Source of the DNA: a virus
Taxonomy: Duplodnaviria; Heunggongvirae; Uroviricota; Caudoviricetes
Direction: 5' to 3' (one strand)
IMG/VR virus record: IMGVR_UViG_3300029935_000001
Location: 73,867 to 137,866 of that record
DNA length: 64,000 nucleotides
Of this stretch, positions 1-10,534 are shown in pieces (the stretch's first letter is position 1; each line of letters begins with the position of its first letter). The translations under genes and the position numbers were made by a program. Under the pieces are notes generated by a model. That model was not told the DNA's origin and ran no database searches. It saw only the letters and a program-made list of their open reading frames with translations.

Positions 1-1899
1 ATTCGAATCAGAATCTCGGGCAAATACCACCTTCGACCCCGCCTGAAGTTGATAACCATCAATCTCTGGTAGGTCAGTAAACGCCAGTCCGTTAATGTTT
101 GACAGTGCGTCGGTTACAGTATAATCAATAACATCTATTAGTCCGGCGAATCGAGTTCCGTGGTTGAATAATTCTAAGTTTGCCACAAATTCAATAATTG
201 GGCGATTAGCTCGGAGGTTGTTGTCAATTACTCCGGTGAATTTATTGTACTCAAATGTAGCGTTAATAACCTCAATATGCGTCCATCTATTAGATCTCGA
301 CCAGGCGTTTCGATCGTGCGCGGCACGATTTATAGTAATATAATCCGGAACCACCGGGCTTAACACCGACGCATCGTAAGGGAGCTCGTCGTAAGGAGCA
401 GTGTCCCATGGCTCACTAATTTCTTTTGTATATGGCTCCGGAGTTACAGTTTCGTTAACTGGTATTAATTCGATTCCAGTTCCTACGCCTTCGACGTAAT
501 ATGTTTGGCCACTATACGACTCTGGCACTGTAGTTCCTTGGAACTTAATCTTCAAGCCATTGGTAAATTGAACGCCATTGCCAGAAATGTACGTTGCTTT
601 ACCGAGGATGTCATACTCGACGTTTATTGATTGGTTCCCGGCAGCGGTGATCAAATCAATTTCGCCAAAGAATAAAGGGTCATCTGCGTCTTGATAGTAT
701 AACTTCGATAAGTTTGCCGTTAGGTGCGGCACAGCCTGAAATACGCCAGCAAGGGTCTTGTGATAGAACTTATTACTTTCGGTAGTACCGTATAAAATCT
801 TAAATTTGGTATTGGGCGCAATGTCGCGAACTGGCACCAACTTAATGAAGCTCGCCGCCGGTGTGGACGTCGGCTCCAGTGGGTTATTTGGGATGCCTGA
901 TGGATTGGTAATTAATGTAACCCGCCAAACTTTGTAACGGTCCGATTCAGGGACTTCAACGGCTGCGTCAAACCCATTATTATCGTATTCGCCGTCGAAC
1001 ACAGAATTTGCATACCACCCTTCTGTTTGTGGTTTGAACACCAACGTCAACCCGTCGAGTGCCGCTATACCATCAATCCCGCCGAATTGAGCTAAGAACT
1101 CACTTACTGGGCGATTTTGAATTTGAGAAAACAGCATGTCGGCTACTAAGTCAACAGACTGGACTTCAGGCATCGAGAAGAACGCATCTTGCGCGTTTTC
1201 CATTGGAACTCGAAAAGTTATTGTGCCGTCATCGGCGCCGTTGTTTTCTACACCCAAAACGTCCTGTGTGCTAATATTATTAGCATACGAATATACTCCG
1301 TCGACTCCAGGCTGGGTCTGAATATACACGCGGCGACCCGGGGTATTAAATTTAAACTCGTATTCGCCGCCGCGTATTACTGTCACTGTTGGGTTGTCGC
1401 CAGCAAAACCTTTAACCCGAAAGCCGCTGTTGCGAGTAAACTCGAAGGTTGCTTGAATCGGCACTTCTGACGCAGCAACATTGACTGAGTCTGGCCCATT
1501 GGGTAACCAGTAATACTGACTAAAATTCACCAGTTTATCTAAATCTACCAATGGCGCAAACGAATAAAACTCGCTGTCAAACAGTCGACGGTGGTTTGTC
1601 ACCGTCGCGCCCATATTTTGCAGCGCGTCGAGAACTTCCGGGTAAGTCACTGCACGTATAGCGTCACCGTTTTCGTCACTGACTACAACCGCCGGCTCAA
1701 GTTGATACTGCTCGCGAGCGAGTTCCGGCTCGCTGATATATTCGCCAGGCTTTGCTATTTTTTTCCGCCCAACAAACCCTTGAATCTTTTGAAGCTCGGG
1801 TTCTTGGACTAATTGATCTAACGTTGCTGCTAAAAAGCGCTTGTTAGTATCGGTTTGAAAAATTTCAGGAAGTAATTGGACGGATCGAATTTGTTTCAT
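1..1899 (-). CDS. Large baseplate wedge/structural protein, partial (runs off the window start)
   Basis: Missing from the ORF track because it is truncated. ATG at 1899 reads MKQIRSVQLLPEIFQTDTNKRFLAATLDQLVQEP...; directly downstream of gp6, with TAAATA at 1907-1912 (minus). Confidence 0.75.
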   Translation of the reverse strand, partial: MKQIRSVQLLPEIFQTDTNKRFLAATLDQLVQEPELQKIQGFVGRKKIAKPGEYISEPELAREQYQLEPAVVVSDENGDAIRAVTYPEVLDALQNMGATVTNHRRLFDSEFYSFAPLVDLDKLVNFSQYYWLPNGPDSVNVAASEVPIQATFEFTRNSGFRVKGFAGDNPTVTVIRGGEYEFKFNTPGRRVYIQTQPGVDGVYSYANNISTQDVLGVENNGADDGTITFRVPMENAQDAFFSMPEVQSVDLVADMLFSQIQNRPVSEFLAQFGGIDGIAALDGLTLVFKPQTEGWYANSVFDGEYDNNGFDAAVEVPESDRYKVWRVTLITNPSGIPNNPLEPTSTPAASFIKLVPVRDIAPNTKFKILYGTTESNKFYHKTLAGVFQAVPHLTANLSKLYYQDADDPLFFGEIDLITAAGNQSINVEYDILGKATYISGNGVQFTNGLKIKFQGTTVPESYSGQTYYVEGVGTGIELIPVNETVTPEPYTKEISEPWDTAPYDELPYDASVLSPVVPDYITINRAAHDRNAWSRSNRWTHIEVINATFEYNKFTGVIDNNLRANRPIIEFVANLELFNHGTRFAGLIDVIDYTVTDALSNINGLAFTDLPEIDGYQLQAGSKVVFARDSDSN

Positions 1900-1909
1900 A
1901 GTATAGTAT

Positions 1910-4900
1910 TTACTCGCTGCGAATGTTGCCTGTTGTAATTGCTTCGATGACTTCGATATCGTTAACTGTTGCTGCACTAACAAAAATTTCGTTTGGCCGC
2001 GATTTAACTTCGAATAACGCACCAAATTTTTGCAATGGATTCCGTGGCACAATTACCGCCGACGAAATTAATTCTCCAAGTTCTTTGTGTAAGAACGCAG
2101 CTAACTCCGAAAAATAGAAAGTATCGCCGAAGTCCCATTTGTCAATGGTAAAAAACTCATTGATAGCTCGAATTACCTTGGACTTAATTTCAGAATCAGA
2201 CGCATTTACTTTAGAATTGCGGACCACCTTTATTGCTGCTCTAAGGCCTAACTCAGCTTTATCGCCAAACAACGGTTTAAATCTAACAGAGTTAAACACT
2301 ATGTTGTCAGAGACCATTTTATACTTGTTGAGATCCTTGTACGCCACTTCTAATTCATTTACCGTTGGCGCTATAGGTTCGACTATGGTATTAGTGGTGT
2401 CACGAAGATACCGTTGGTATTCAGTGTAGTATGAATTCACCACTAAGTACAAATCAATGATATTGGTGCTGCCAGGGTCAATTCGGCGACTTGTTGGACT
2501 GTTGTGACGGTAATGATACTGAAGTCCTTGCCGGCCGCGACTGATTATAAATTCAGGCACTTGCCCTGGCTGCTCAGTGCCTTTAATAACTCGTTGGCTT
2601 AACATACGTTGACCACTGGCGTCAAGCTCAATAACGAATATCTTGTGTTCGGCTGTTGCGTAAAACGTAGTACCGATGTCATAACTATAAATCGCTACTG
2701 AAAGATCGGTTTCAGTGGCGTAGTCTACGTTAATTGAGTTTGCTGCCAGAGGCATTACTTCTTCTAAGTTGTCGGACGTCCGAGTCACTCGGAAAAAGAC
2801 ATACGACGAGTCGTCGACCAAGTAGTCAAAAAAGTCAGGGTCGTCGGCAATGCCGTCGAGATTTAAATCCGTAAAACTTATACTTACTCTGTAATCGTTG
2901 ATATGCCCGTCGACTTCAGGAGGTTGGCCTACGATATCTAGAATTACGTCAGAATCAAGTGGTTTTAACGATGCAGGTAAGGTATTTGTTTTTAGCAAAC
3001 GAATATAATCATTTACTACAGTACCGGTTTTGGGGTCATAAACCTGCTGCGTGCCGTCATAAAAGAAACGAGTCTCAGCTAGACTTGCAAAGTAGTAAGC
3101 CAACCACCGTGTTGTAACCGTGTAAGTTTGTGTGTCGGTTTCAAACCTAACTAACCATGAACGAGGGTTATATGGGTCTGCCATTGTGGCTGGTTGGAAC
3201 TGGTCGGCAGGTAACCCAGCTGCTACAGCTTCCTGGTTGGCCTGGTCGAGCGCTGTTCCTTTGATTAAAAACCACTCGCGACGATACGGATTGTATCCTA
3301 ACGCAAAATTTAAATTTAGCGAAATTTCTCGTGTAATGTCTTGTTCTAGCCCAACAGGCAAATCTGTCGAGAAAACAGGTATTACCTTGTCTAATATAGC
3401 ATTACTCGGAACAAATACATTCAGTGATATTGGGCCCGACCCGTCTTCAAGTGCGCCGACACCGCCGTTTGCTCCGTCGGTTTTTAACGAAGTGATTGTA
3501 GCCCATATATGGTACTTTGCTTTTTGATTTGCCCCTGGTTCGCCGAAGACCAGTCTATTAGATTCATTAAAGAAATACCCACTCGGCGGCACAAATTTTA
3601 TTAACGCAGCAGGCACTAAGTAGCGGCGATTGTCAGACGTTAATGGACCCACAACCTGAGGCGTGTCGCTGGCATTAATAAAATACCCTGTAGTTTCGTT
3701 TAGCTGAACGGTTTTTTGGACCCATCGGTATGGTGTCGAAAACGCCGGGCGCTCATAATTGCGCTCTTTATAATAAAAGTGCGAAACCGCGCGGCTAGCC
3801 AATAAAGGCTCAAGGCGGTTAATAATAACGTCAGCAATGTCGTTGAGATCGTTCCACGAAAAGCTAAAGTTATTCAGCTCATCTTCTTCGTACAACACAC
3901 CGTCCGACCCAAAAACGTTTGTCGAACTATACTTGCCTGTTACATCTACTAGATCAAGATATCTACTTGCGCCGATTGTGCTGCGATTAACTGCTTTACT
4001 CTTTAAGATCGAACCGTACTGAGTAAACGGAAAGTTTGAATAATCTTCCCCGTTTACCATTCTGTGCTGCGAGTAATACCGCGCAGGAGCTCGAGCTTTG
4101 ATTTCCTCAATGGTCTCGCGCACCTTGGCGTTTGATACTGCAGTCGTCAGCCCGACTGTGAGGGTAGCAGTTTCGACTCTATTGCGCCGACTAACATATG
4201 GCAGTGTTATAGTAATTGCAGCCATTTCATTGGGCGTGATTACATATTGCAACCCATTCGACGACCGGCAAAATACACGCAACAACCCAACCGGAATTTC
4301 GGCAAATACCCCGTCGCCGAAATTGATTGTAACCTTATCGTTAGCGCCGGAAGTGATAGAGTAGTACCATTTATTTTTATTGCGCTGCACATCTGGCGGA
4401 CTAACCAAGCTATCAACGGCGGTCCACTGATTTGAATACTCGTTGTTCTGATCTGCAGAGAACACCCAAACATCAGAATTATTAACTCCTGGAACCTCTA
4501 CATCAAGATTACGATTAGCAATTCGGTCTGTTAAATTATAGTCGCGGGCTTGCAAAGAACCTTGCTTGAACAATATAAAAAACCCTGTATTGGGCGACGC
4601 AAACCCAAGCTGATCGTTACGATATAACAAGTTGAACACAGCAGACAACCGTGGCGCTGCTTCTATAACTCGCCCTGTGGTTATGTCGCTGCTCACAGCT
4701 TCGAAGTTCATCGAAACATTGTTTACTTTGCTTGTAAAAGCGCGCGTTGGCAAGCTGCCAGGGACTGTATTAACAGAATATTGCGAGGTCTCGACACCGA
4801 GAATTGTTTTTTTGTTGCCAGGGCGGCCAACGCGCTGGCTGTCTACTAGCATAGCATTCAGAATGGTGACCATTTGCTCGTACCAGTCTGGATTAGTTGA

Positions 4901-5338
4901 ATCGTCCCACGACACTGCAACATCACGCAGGTTGTTGCCATTGTAGTCCGTTATGTTTTCGGTTGTACTAATGGAGAATAGCTTTAAAAACCCACTGGCA
5001 GTTTCGTTACGCTTAGGCGAATACGCAACCAGTTCAGCCAACTTAACTACACTTTCGCGGCGGTCTGCTGTTTCGAGAAAATTTTCGCGAGCGTTTAATT
5101 CGCTTCTAAAAGCAAGCGACTGTCCCATAAACGCTATTAAATCTAACAATGCTATAAACTCAGAAGATTCAACAAAATCGTTGAAAGTTTCTGGGTAGAA
5201 AGTGCGCAAATAATCAACAAAACTTTTGCGTATAGTTTCAAAGTCGTAACTCTGAAAATCCGCTTCCTGGTAAGTTTGATAAATCCTTTTCCAGTCTTCT
5301 ATACCAAAAATAGCAGTTTGTCGGGTGGTGTTGGCCAT
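1910..5338 (-). CDS. gp6: Baseplate wedge subunit, T4 gp6-like
   Basis: N-terminal YDFETIRKSFVDYLR...FNDFVESSEFIALLDLIAF...ENFLETA, FGDGVF and ETIEEIKARAP...RMVNGEDY motifs typical of gp6. Confidence 0.9.
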   Translation of the reverse strand: MANTTRQTAIFGIEDWKRIYQTYQEADFQSYDFETIRKSFVDYLRTFYPETFNDFVESSEFIALLDLIAFMGQSLAFRSELNARENFLETADRRESVVKLAELVAYSPKRNETASGFLKLFSISTTENITDYNGNNLRDVAVSWDDSTNPDWYEQMVTILNAMLVDSQRVGRPGNKKTILGVETSQYSVNTVPGSLPTRAFTSKVNNVSMNFEAVSSDITTGRVIEAAPRLSAVFNLLYRNDQLGFASPNTGFFILFKQGSLQARDYNLTDRIANRNLDVEVPGVNNSDVWVFSADQNNEYSNQWTAVDSLVSPPDVQRNKNKWYYSITSGANDKVTINFGDGVFAEIPVGLLRVFCRSSNGLQYVITPNEMAAITITLPYVSRRNRVETATLTVGLTTAVSNAKVRETIEEIKARAPARYYSQHRMVNGEDYSNFPFTQYGSILKSKAVNRSTIGASRYLDLVDVTGKYSSTNVFGSDGVLYEEDELNNFSFSWNDLNDIADVIINRLEPLLASRAVSHFYYKERNYERPAFSTPYRWVQKTVQLNETTGYFINASDTPQVVGPLTSDNRRYLVPAALIKFVPPSGYFFNESNRLVFGEPGANQKAKYHIWATITSLKTDGANGGVGALEDGSGPISLNVFVPSNAILDKVIPVFSTDLPVGLEQDITREISLNLNFALGYNPYRREWFLIKGTALDQANQEAVAAGLPADQFQPATMADPYNPRSWLVRFETDTQTYTVTTRWLAYYFASLAETRFFYDGTQQVYDPKTGTVVNDYIRLLKTNTLPASLKPLDSDVILDIVGQPPEVDGHINDYRVSISFTDLNLDGIADDPDFFDYLVDDSSYVFFRVTRTSDNLEEVMPLAANSINVDYATETDLSVAIYSYDIGTTFYATAEHKIFVIELDASGQRMLSQRVIKGTEQPGQVPEFIISRGRQGLQYHYRHNSPTSRRIDPGSTNIIDLYLVVNSYYTEYQRYLRDTTNTIVEPIAPTVNELEVAYKDLNKYKMVSDNIVFNSVRFKPLFGDKAELGLRAAIKVVRNSKVNASDSEIKSKVIRAINEFFTIDKWDFGDTFYFSELAAFLHKELGELISSAVIVPRNPLQKFGALFEVKSRPNEIFVSAATVNDIEVIEAITTGNIRSE

Positions 5339-5388
5339 ATGAAATACCTCTTATGTATTATTTATGGCCGCAAAAATCAGCGGTTTTG

Positions 5389-5766
5389 CTATAACATAGT
5401 CACTGACTGCTGATTTGTATCGAACTTTAAAAAAAGATGCTCTACTGAGTGATCTGGCCGCGTGTCCAATTCAACATCCGCAAGTATAGTATGGTCTTGG
5501 GCATACAACTTTAAGCTTATTAACTCGACTCGCGGGTCGGATGCGATAACTCGCCGAATTTCGGTTTCTAATTCACCGACTCCAGTCTCGTCTAAGTTTT
5601 CAAAAACAATACTGTGAATAGTTGTGCCGTATCCCGGGCGTCCAGGAATTTCCCCTAACTTAATCAAAAATGAATTTAAAATATCTCGCTTAACCAACTC
5701 AAAATCGTGCATGGAGAATTTTTTCTTTTGACCGATTGTATTGAAACCTTTAAACGTTGCATCCAT
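5389..5766 (-). CDS. gp25: Baseplate wedge protein, gp25-like
   Basis: 125 aa; DFELVKRDILN...GEIPGRPGYGT...DPRV is the GPW_gp25 signature. Confidence 0.9.
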   Translation of the reverse strand: MDATFKGFNTIGQKKKFSMHDFELVKRDILNSFLIKLGEIPGRPGYGTTIHSIVFENLDETGVGELETEIRRVIASDPRVELISLKLYAQDHTILADVELDTRPDHSVEHLFLKFDTNQQSVTML

Positions 5767-5770
5767 GTCA

Positions 5771-8098
5771 TTATCCTAAATTAAAACCATCTACTGCGGA
5801 CCTCACAGTAGCAGTTAGTTGGTTTGCTGTTGATTGTAAATCAGAGGCAATCTTTTGTGCCCCAGCCGCTGCAGTTTGGACTTGATAAGCAATCTTAGGG
5901 ATTTTGGCGTTGCCTAAAATCTCGTTAGTGGTTTTGTCCAGGCCATCACGCGCTGCTGTTGCGATTTGTCCAGCTTGCTCTCCGACTTGCGCAATTTGTG
6001 CCGGTAACTTGTCAGTAACAAAGCTTACTGCGTATTTTGCCTGCTGCATTGCTGCGTCAACTTGCGCTTTTACATCGGCTGTAATTGCACTAACTTTTCC
6101 GTTAACAAAATTAGCAACATCCTCAGGGGATGTATTTGCTGCCGCTTGAATCAGTCCGGCTACTTGCTTAACATCTGCCACTGCTTGTATAACCCCTAAC
6201 TCCTCGAGCCTATCGTGTGCAAGAGAATACAACTGCTCTTGCACTTTGGTTTGTAACTTCTCCGATTGCAGGAACCCTGCGATACTGTCAATCCCGCCTT
6301 TGAGTGTCCAATTAGATGAGTCGCTAAGTAATTCAGTAATTGTCTCTGACACATTACCCACTTCGTTTAACATGTCCGCAACACCGGGCTTAATAAACCC
6401 TGCAGCCTCTAGTTCGCCGACTGATACTCCAAACTTTCCGATTAGCCCATCTGGGCTAACCGTAGTAAGTGTTTGCCCTAACGCTTCCATTTTTTTAGCG
6501 CTTTGAGCTAGCATACCGGTTACCTGATCAGGCGAAACTTTGCCAATGGCAACCGTAGCTTTTTCAGCATTTAACACGTCGCCTGCTGAAATACCCGATT
6601 CGAGCGGCGGTTCATTCGGTGGCGGTGCGGGCATTGCAGGCGGTGGCGGCGCCGGCGGTTGCACTTCCATTACTACTCGAGCCTCAACTCCTTTGTTGTG
6701 CTCGGAGTACGGTTCGTGTGTTGGTGCTCGAGGCACAATTGACGTAAGGGTCGCTGGGGCCGAAACCCAGCCGCTGCCGGTCAACTTTGCATCCGCTAAT
6801 TTTGTTTTTACAATTTTTGTTACTGGATTAACCGAAGCTGCGCCGCCGGAGTTTAGATTTATTCGGCTGCCGGTGACCGAAAAAGCGCCTGCTGAGCTAA
6901 CAGCCGCACTCGAATCCGACTTAATACCTAAGCTGCCATTGGCCAAGATGCCCAAAGTAGCAGCAGAATGAACGGTCATGTTTCCGGACGAAAACGCAGC
7001 ATATGTTCCGTTAGTTTCTGTGTGGATACTGCGTTCGGCATACACGTTAAATTTCTCTCCAGCATACATATTGATTGACTTGTCGGCGTGAAAATTTAGT
7101 TCCCCTTGTGTGCGCAAATTCACCGAGTTAGTGCTATACACGTCAATGGCGCCTTCTTTGCCCATTTCAATCCATGATTGACCGTTAGCGTGAATAAAAT
7201 AAAAGCAGTCGCCGTCGTCGGACATTAACAACTGATGGCCCCTGCTGGTACGGATCCGTACCAGCGCGTCTTTGCCTTCGACATCGCCGTCGTCCATAAC
7301 AAACGTGTGACCACCGCGCCGGCCAACAACTTTTACATCCTGAGGCTTGAGTTTACCTGACGATAACTGACTTCGAATATCAGCTTCGCTTAATCCGCCG
7401 TCGTAAATTGCACGGCCAGGTGTTGAGATTCCGTATACCGACGACGGCGATTCTCGCTGTGAGCTGCTTCCAATTGGGCCGCGAGTTCGATCATTGATTA
7501 GGCCTTGCTGAAACAATGTAGCAGCAGTGTACGAATGTACCGGCTTTACTTTGTCGTGAAATCGCGGGTCTTCTCGAATTTCGTCGTTTTTGTCGTTGAT
7601 TTCTGCAACCGGTAACCGAGTCGCGCCGCCGAATAACTTTTCTTGTGCTTTGTTATCGCGCTTGGCTTGGGCAGTAGCGCCAATGGCTGGAACCATGTGT
7701 GTTAGCCCTGGCTCAGGTATACACCCAACATAATACCCTAAGTTAGGGTCGCCGTTGGCGAAAAAACACAGCACTCGAGTCTCTAGGTCCGGGGGCGTAA
7801 ACCACATTCCATACGAGTGCCGATTGCCAACATAGTCACCTTCAGTTTCCGACGATGCGGTATTTGGTGTGACTCCGTAATACGGCGGCAGGTATGACAC
7901 TGTGCGCCATACGCTGGTGTCCGTTTGATCCGACCCACTTGCTAACTCAGTGATAAACACTTGCAGTCGACCCGACCGGGTCGGGTCAACGTTATTCTTC
8001 ACTATGCCAATAAACGGACCGGGGTCGGCTGCAGCGCCACCGCGGTCTAACTTATACTCCGAACCGCGGCCGGTGTTGCGTTGAATGTTTTCTGCCAT
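5771..8098 (-). CDS. gp5: Baseplate hub/puncturing protein, gp5/VgrG-like
   Basis: OB-fold motif GIVKNNVDPTRSGRLQV, GHTFVMDD...RIRTSRGHQLLMSD beta-helix start, PTHEPY motif, Pro-rich linker. Confidence 0.8.
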   Translation of the reverse strand: MAENIQRNTGRGSEYKLDRGGAAADPGPFIGIVKNNVDPTRSGRLQVFITELASGSDQTDTSVWRTVSYLPPYYGVTPNTASSETEGDYVGNRHSYGMWFTPPDLETRVLCFFANGDPNLGYYVGCIPEPGLTHMVPAIGATAQAKRDNKAQEKLFGGATRLPVAEINDKNDEIREDPRFHDKVKPVHSYTAATLFQQGLINDRTRGPIGSSSQRESPSSVYGISTPGRAIYDGGLSEADIRSQLSSGKLKPQDVKVVGRRGGHTFVMDDGDVEGKDALVRIRTSRGHQLLMSDDGDCFYFIHANGQSWIEMGKEGAIDVYSTNSVNLRTQGELNFHADKSINMYAGEKFNVYAERSIHTETNGTYAAFSSGNMTVHSAATLGILANGSLGIKSDSSAAVSSAGAFSVTGSRINLNSGGAASVNPVTKIVKTKLADAKLTGSGWVSAPATLTSIVPRAPTHEPYSEHNKGVEARVVMEVQPPAPPPPAMPAPPPNEPPLESGISAGDVLNAEKATVAIGKVSPDQVTGMLAQSAKKMEALGQTLTTVSPDGLIGKFGVSVGELEAAGFIKPGVADMLNEVGNVSETITELLSDSSNWTLKGGIDSIAGFLQSEKLQTKVQEQLYSLAHDRLEELGVIQAVADVKQVAGLIQAAANTSPEDVANFVNGKVSAITADVKAQVDAAMQQAKYAVSFVTDKLPAQIAQVGEQAGQIATAARDGLDKTTNEILGNAKIPKIAYQVQTAAAGAQKIASDLQSTANQLTATVRSAVDGFNLG

Positions 8099-8099
8099 C

Positions 8100-10235
8100 T
8101 TAGGTTCCTAGTCGAGTTAGTGCTGTGCTAAACTCTCTGTCATTTAGCAAGGTTGGATAGTCTTGGCGTAATTTTAACAACTCTGCAGTAGTCGACACCT
8201 GACGCTGTTGACCATTGCTGAGGACTACTGTAACCGTAGTAGTCGGGCCAAATGCCGAGTTACCGTTGCTGGCTACTTGAGTCTGCTGCGGCGAGTCGAA
8301 CTGCACTAAGTTTGGATTCAATGCGTTTGACCCGTAAAAATTACTACCAGTGATCGGTGTTGGCGCTGAAATATTAGTAATACTACTGCTTGTGGCTTGT
8401 TGAACATCCGGCGGTCGAACCTGGCTATTTACTGTTGAATCTTTTTGCACTTCATTGTCGCTTAGCCGCAGCCAACCAATTAACTCTTGCGTAAACTGAC
8501 CATTTTTAAACATACTTGTAACCACGCGGGCGTTATACACAAAAGTGTTTATACGCACTCCTGGGAAGTTACTGGTTCTTCCGGTGTTTGCTTGATTTAC
8601 ATCCATGAGCCCTGTTCTCATGTTATAATCAACTGGAACATTAAAACTAACCTCAAACATTACGTGCCCGGCTTCAAAATTAACAGCACCATTAGAAGTA
8701 AACGGCATCATTTCGGAACCGCCAACCGTTGCTTCTCCGAGCCAGTCTGGGTCACCGTGGATTACTAGTCTAACTTCCGCTTGGTCAGCTAAGCTATATA
8801 AGTTTGCTGCGTAAAATGCAGCAGGGTCCGCAGCACCGTTACGGGCACCTTGTGACGAAACATTTGCTCCTGGAGTTACAATCGACGCCGTCGGTGATCC
8901 GATATTGTTAATTGCATTTTTAGCCTCTGCTGGCGCCATTCGAGTAAAATATAAAAAGTTATACTCTTGCTCAAAGCTCAGCACTTCTTTGTTTTGACCA
9001 GTGAACCAATAATCATACCGTTTGTGCGGGCCCTTGTATGCAGTCTTAGGCATTGAGCCAGTGTTTAGATATACCTCATACGGACGGACTACATATGTGG
9101 TTTTATACAGTGTTGAATTCTGTGCCTGGTCAAAAGTCAATTCGGTTCGACCGCCTACTAGGAACCATTTAGCTACTTCATTAACATTTGGCTTAATTAT
9201 TACTTCGCCGGTTTCGGTTATATCGTAAGCTTGTTGGTCGCTAATATAAGAACTTGCGCGAACGATTGTATCAATAAACTGAATAATCGGGGTGCCAGCT
9301 GCAACTGAAAAATTACGGTCATTGGTCTGCACTTGCCCTTTTTCTGGCAGAATACGGTCTGCTTCAGTTGTCATGTTTGCAGGAGTTGCATCTAGTGCAG
9401 TAGGGCCCGGGCGTTTTAACACAGCATTAGCAATAGCTGGGTCAGCAAATTCTATCGCTATTTCGTTTGTTCGCGTCCCTCCTGGCGCCAGGCTTTTGTA
9501 ATACCCGTTAATTGCGTCAGTAAGGCTGCGCACATTAGCCGCTGGGGTACTAGAGCCTGTGCCGGCCAATAACTGCCCAACTGTGCTTGCTGATAATTCG
9601 AGGGGAATTGGAACTGCGCCAGTTAGCCCGCCTTGTGCATAGTAGCTCCACTCTGGTACTCCTGCGCACTGATACTCTACTGTATTGCCGTTTACTTTAA
9701 ATTTTATTTCTTGAAACTTAAACGGAATATACTTTTCGATCGCAGCCGCTGAGTCTGAGGTATTACTGCTGATTCCGCGAATTGGCTTACCGTTTTTGTC
9801 AAAACCATAAAACCTAATTACTAACAAATACGGCTGCGACCAATACGAAGGATCCCCGCTTCCTAATTTTTGAACTTCTTTTTCTAAACGGTCTAAAAAA
9901 GTAATACCATATGGCTCAATAACTTTAAACCGCATTTCATACGAAAGTGACGGACTTCCGGTTTCTTGAGTGGAGACCAGCGACTTTATTTCAATGTCAT
10001 CGATATAAAAATCAAGATCGAAAAATTCACTACGTTCGGCGGTGAGATTACCGTTTGCTGATGCTTGACCACGCGCAGGTGCGCCACCGTTTTGAGCAAT
10101 CAACGAAAGTCCAGCGACTGTGCGCTCGCCAGCCGCTAAGCGAGTAAAATATTCAAGCGGACCGGCATATAACGAAGCAATGTATGTACACGAACTAAAC
10201 GTTGAAAGTATGTTGTCTCTGGGCAATAAACTCAT
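8100..10235 (-). CDS. Baseplate hub protein (gp27-like by position)
   Basis: 711 aa between the gp53-like and gp5-like genes; FKVIEPYG and IHGDPDW motifs. Function inferred from synteny. Confidence 0.55.
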   Translation of the reverse strand: MSLLPRDNILSTFSSCTYIASLYAGPLEYFTRLAAGERTVAGLSLIAQNGGAPARGQASANGNLTAERSEFFDLDFYIDDIEIKSLVSTQETGSPSLSYEMRFKVIEPYGITFLDRLEKEVQKLGSGDPSYWSQPYLLVIRFYGFDKNGKPIRGISSNTSDSAAAIEKYIPFKFQEIKFKVNGNTVEYQCAGVPEWSYYAQGGLTGAVPIPLELSASTVGQLLAGTGSSTPAANVRSLTDAINGYYKSLAPGGTRTNEIAIEFADPAIANAVLKRPGPTALDATPANMTTEADRILPEKGQVQTNDRNFSVAAGTPIIQFIDTIVRASSYISDQQAYDITETGEVIIKPNVNEVAKWFLVGGRTELTFDQAQNSTLYKTTYVVRPYEVYLNTGSMPKTAYKGPHKRYDYWFTGQNKEVLSFEQEYNFLYFTRMAPAEAKNAINNIGSPTASIVTPGANVSSQGARNGAADPAAFYAANLYSLADQAEVRLVIHGDPDWLGEATVGGSEMMPFTSNGAVNFEAGHVMFEVSFNVPVDYNMRTGLMDVNQANTGRTSNFPGVRINTFVYNARVVTSMFKNGQFTQELIGWLRLSDNEVQKDSTVNSQVRPPDVQQATSSSITNISAPTPITGSNFYGSNALNPNLVQFDSPQQTQVASNGNSAFGPTTTVTVVLSNGQQRQVSTTAELLKLRQDYPTLLNDREFSTALTRLGT

Positions 10236-10534
10236 TAAATTCCCAATGCCTTTTTAAGTGTTTCGATTTTTGGCACCCACAATTGAGTGCCTTCGACGAA
10301 ATCCAGTAACGGATTAATCAATACATTCGGGTTCCGCACTGCGAATACCCACCAAAGCCTGCTGTCGCTGTATAAGTCATACGCAAGTAGGTCTGGTCTC
10401 AGGTGGTAAGTCCGATCCAACATAATCACTGCGTCGTCATCGAGTGCCGGAAACGACCTTTGATCCCAAACTTCTAAATAGCCCGCCGAGTCAACCTTTG
10501 TTTTAAAATACGGACTTTGTGGCGCAAAATTCAT
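10235..10534 (-). CDS. gp53: Baseplate wedge protein, gp53-like
   Basis: RPDLLAYDLYSDSRLWWVFAVRN is the gp53/LysM-like signature. Confidence 0.85.
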   Translation of the reverse strand: MNFAPQSPYFKTKVDSAGYLEVWDQRSFPALDDDAVIMLDRTYHLRPDLLAYDLYSDSRLWWVFAVRNPNVLINPLLDFVEGTQLWVPKIETLKKALGI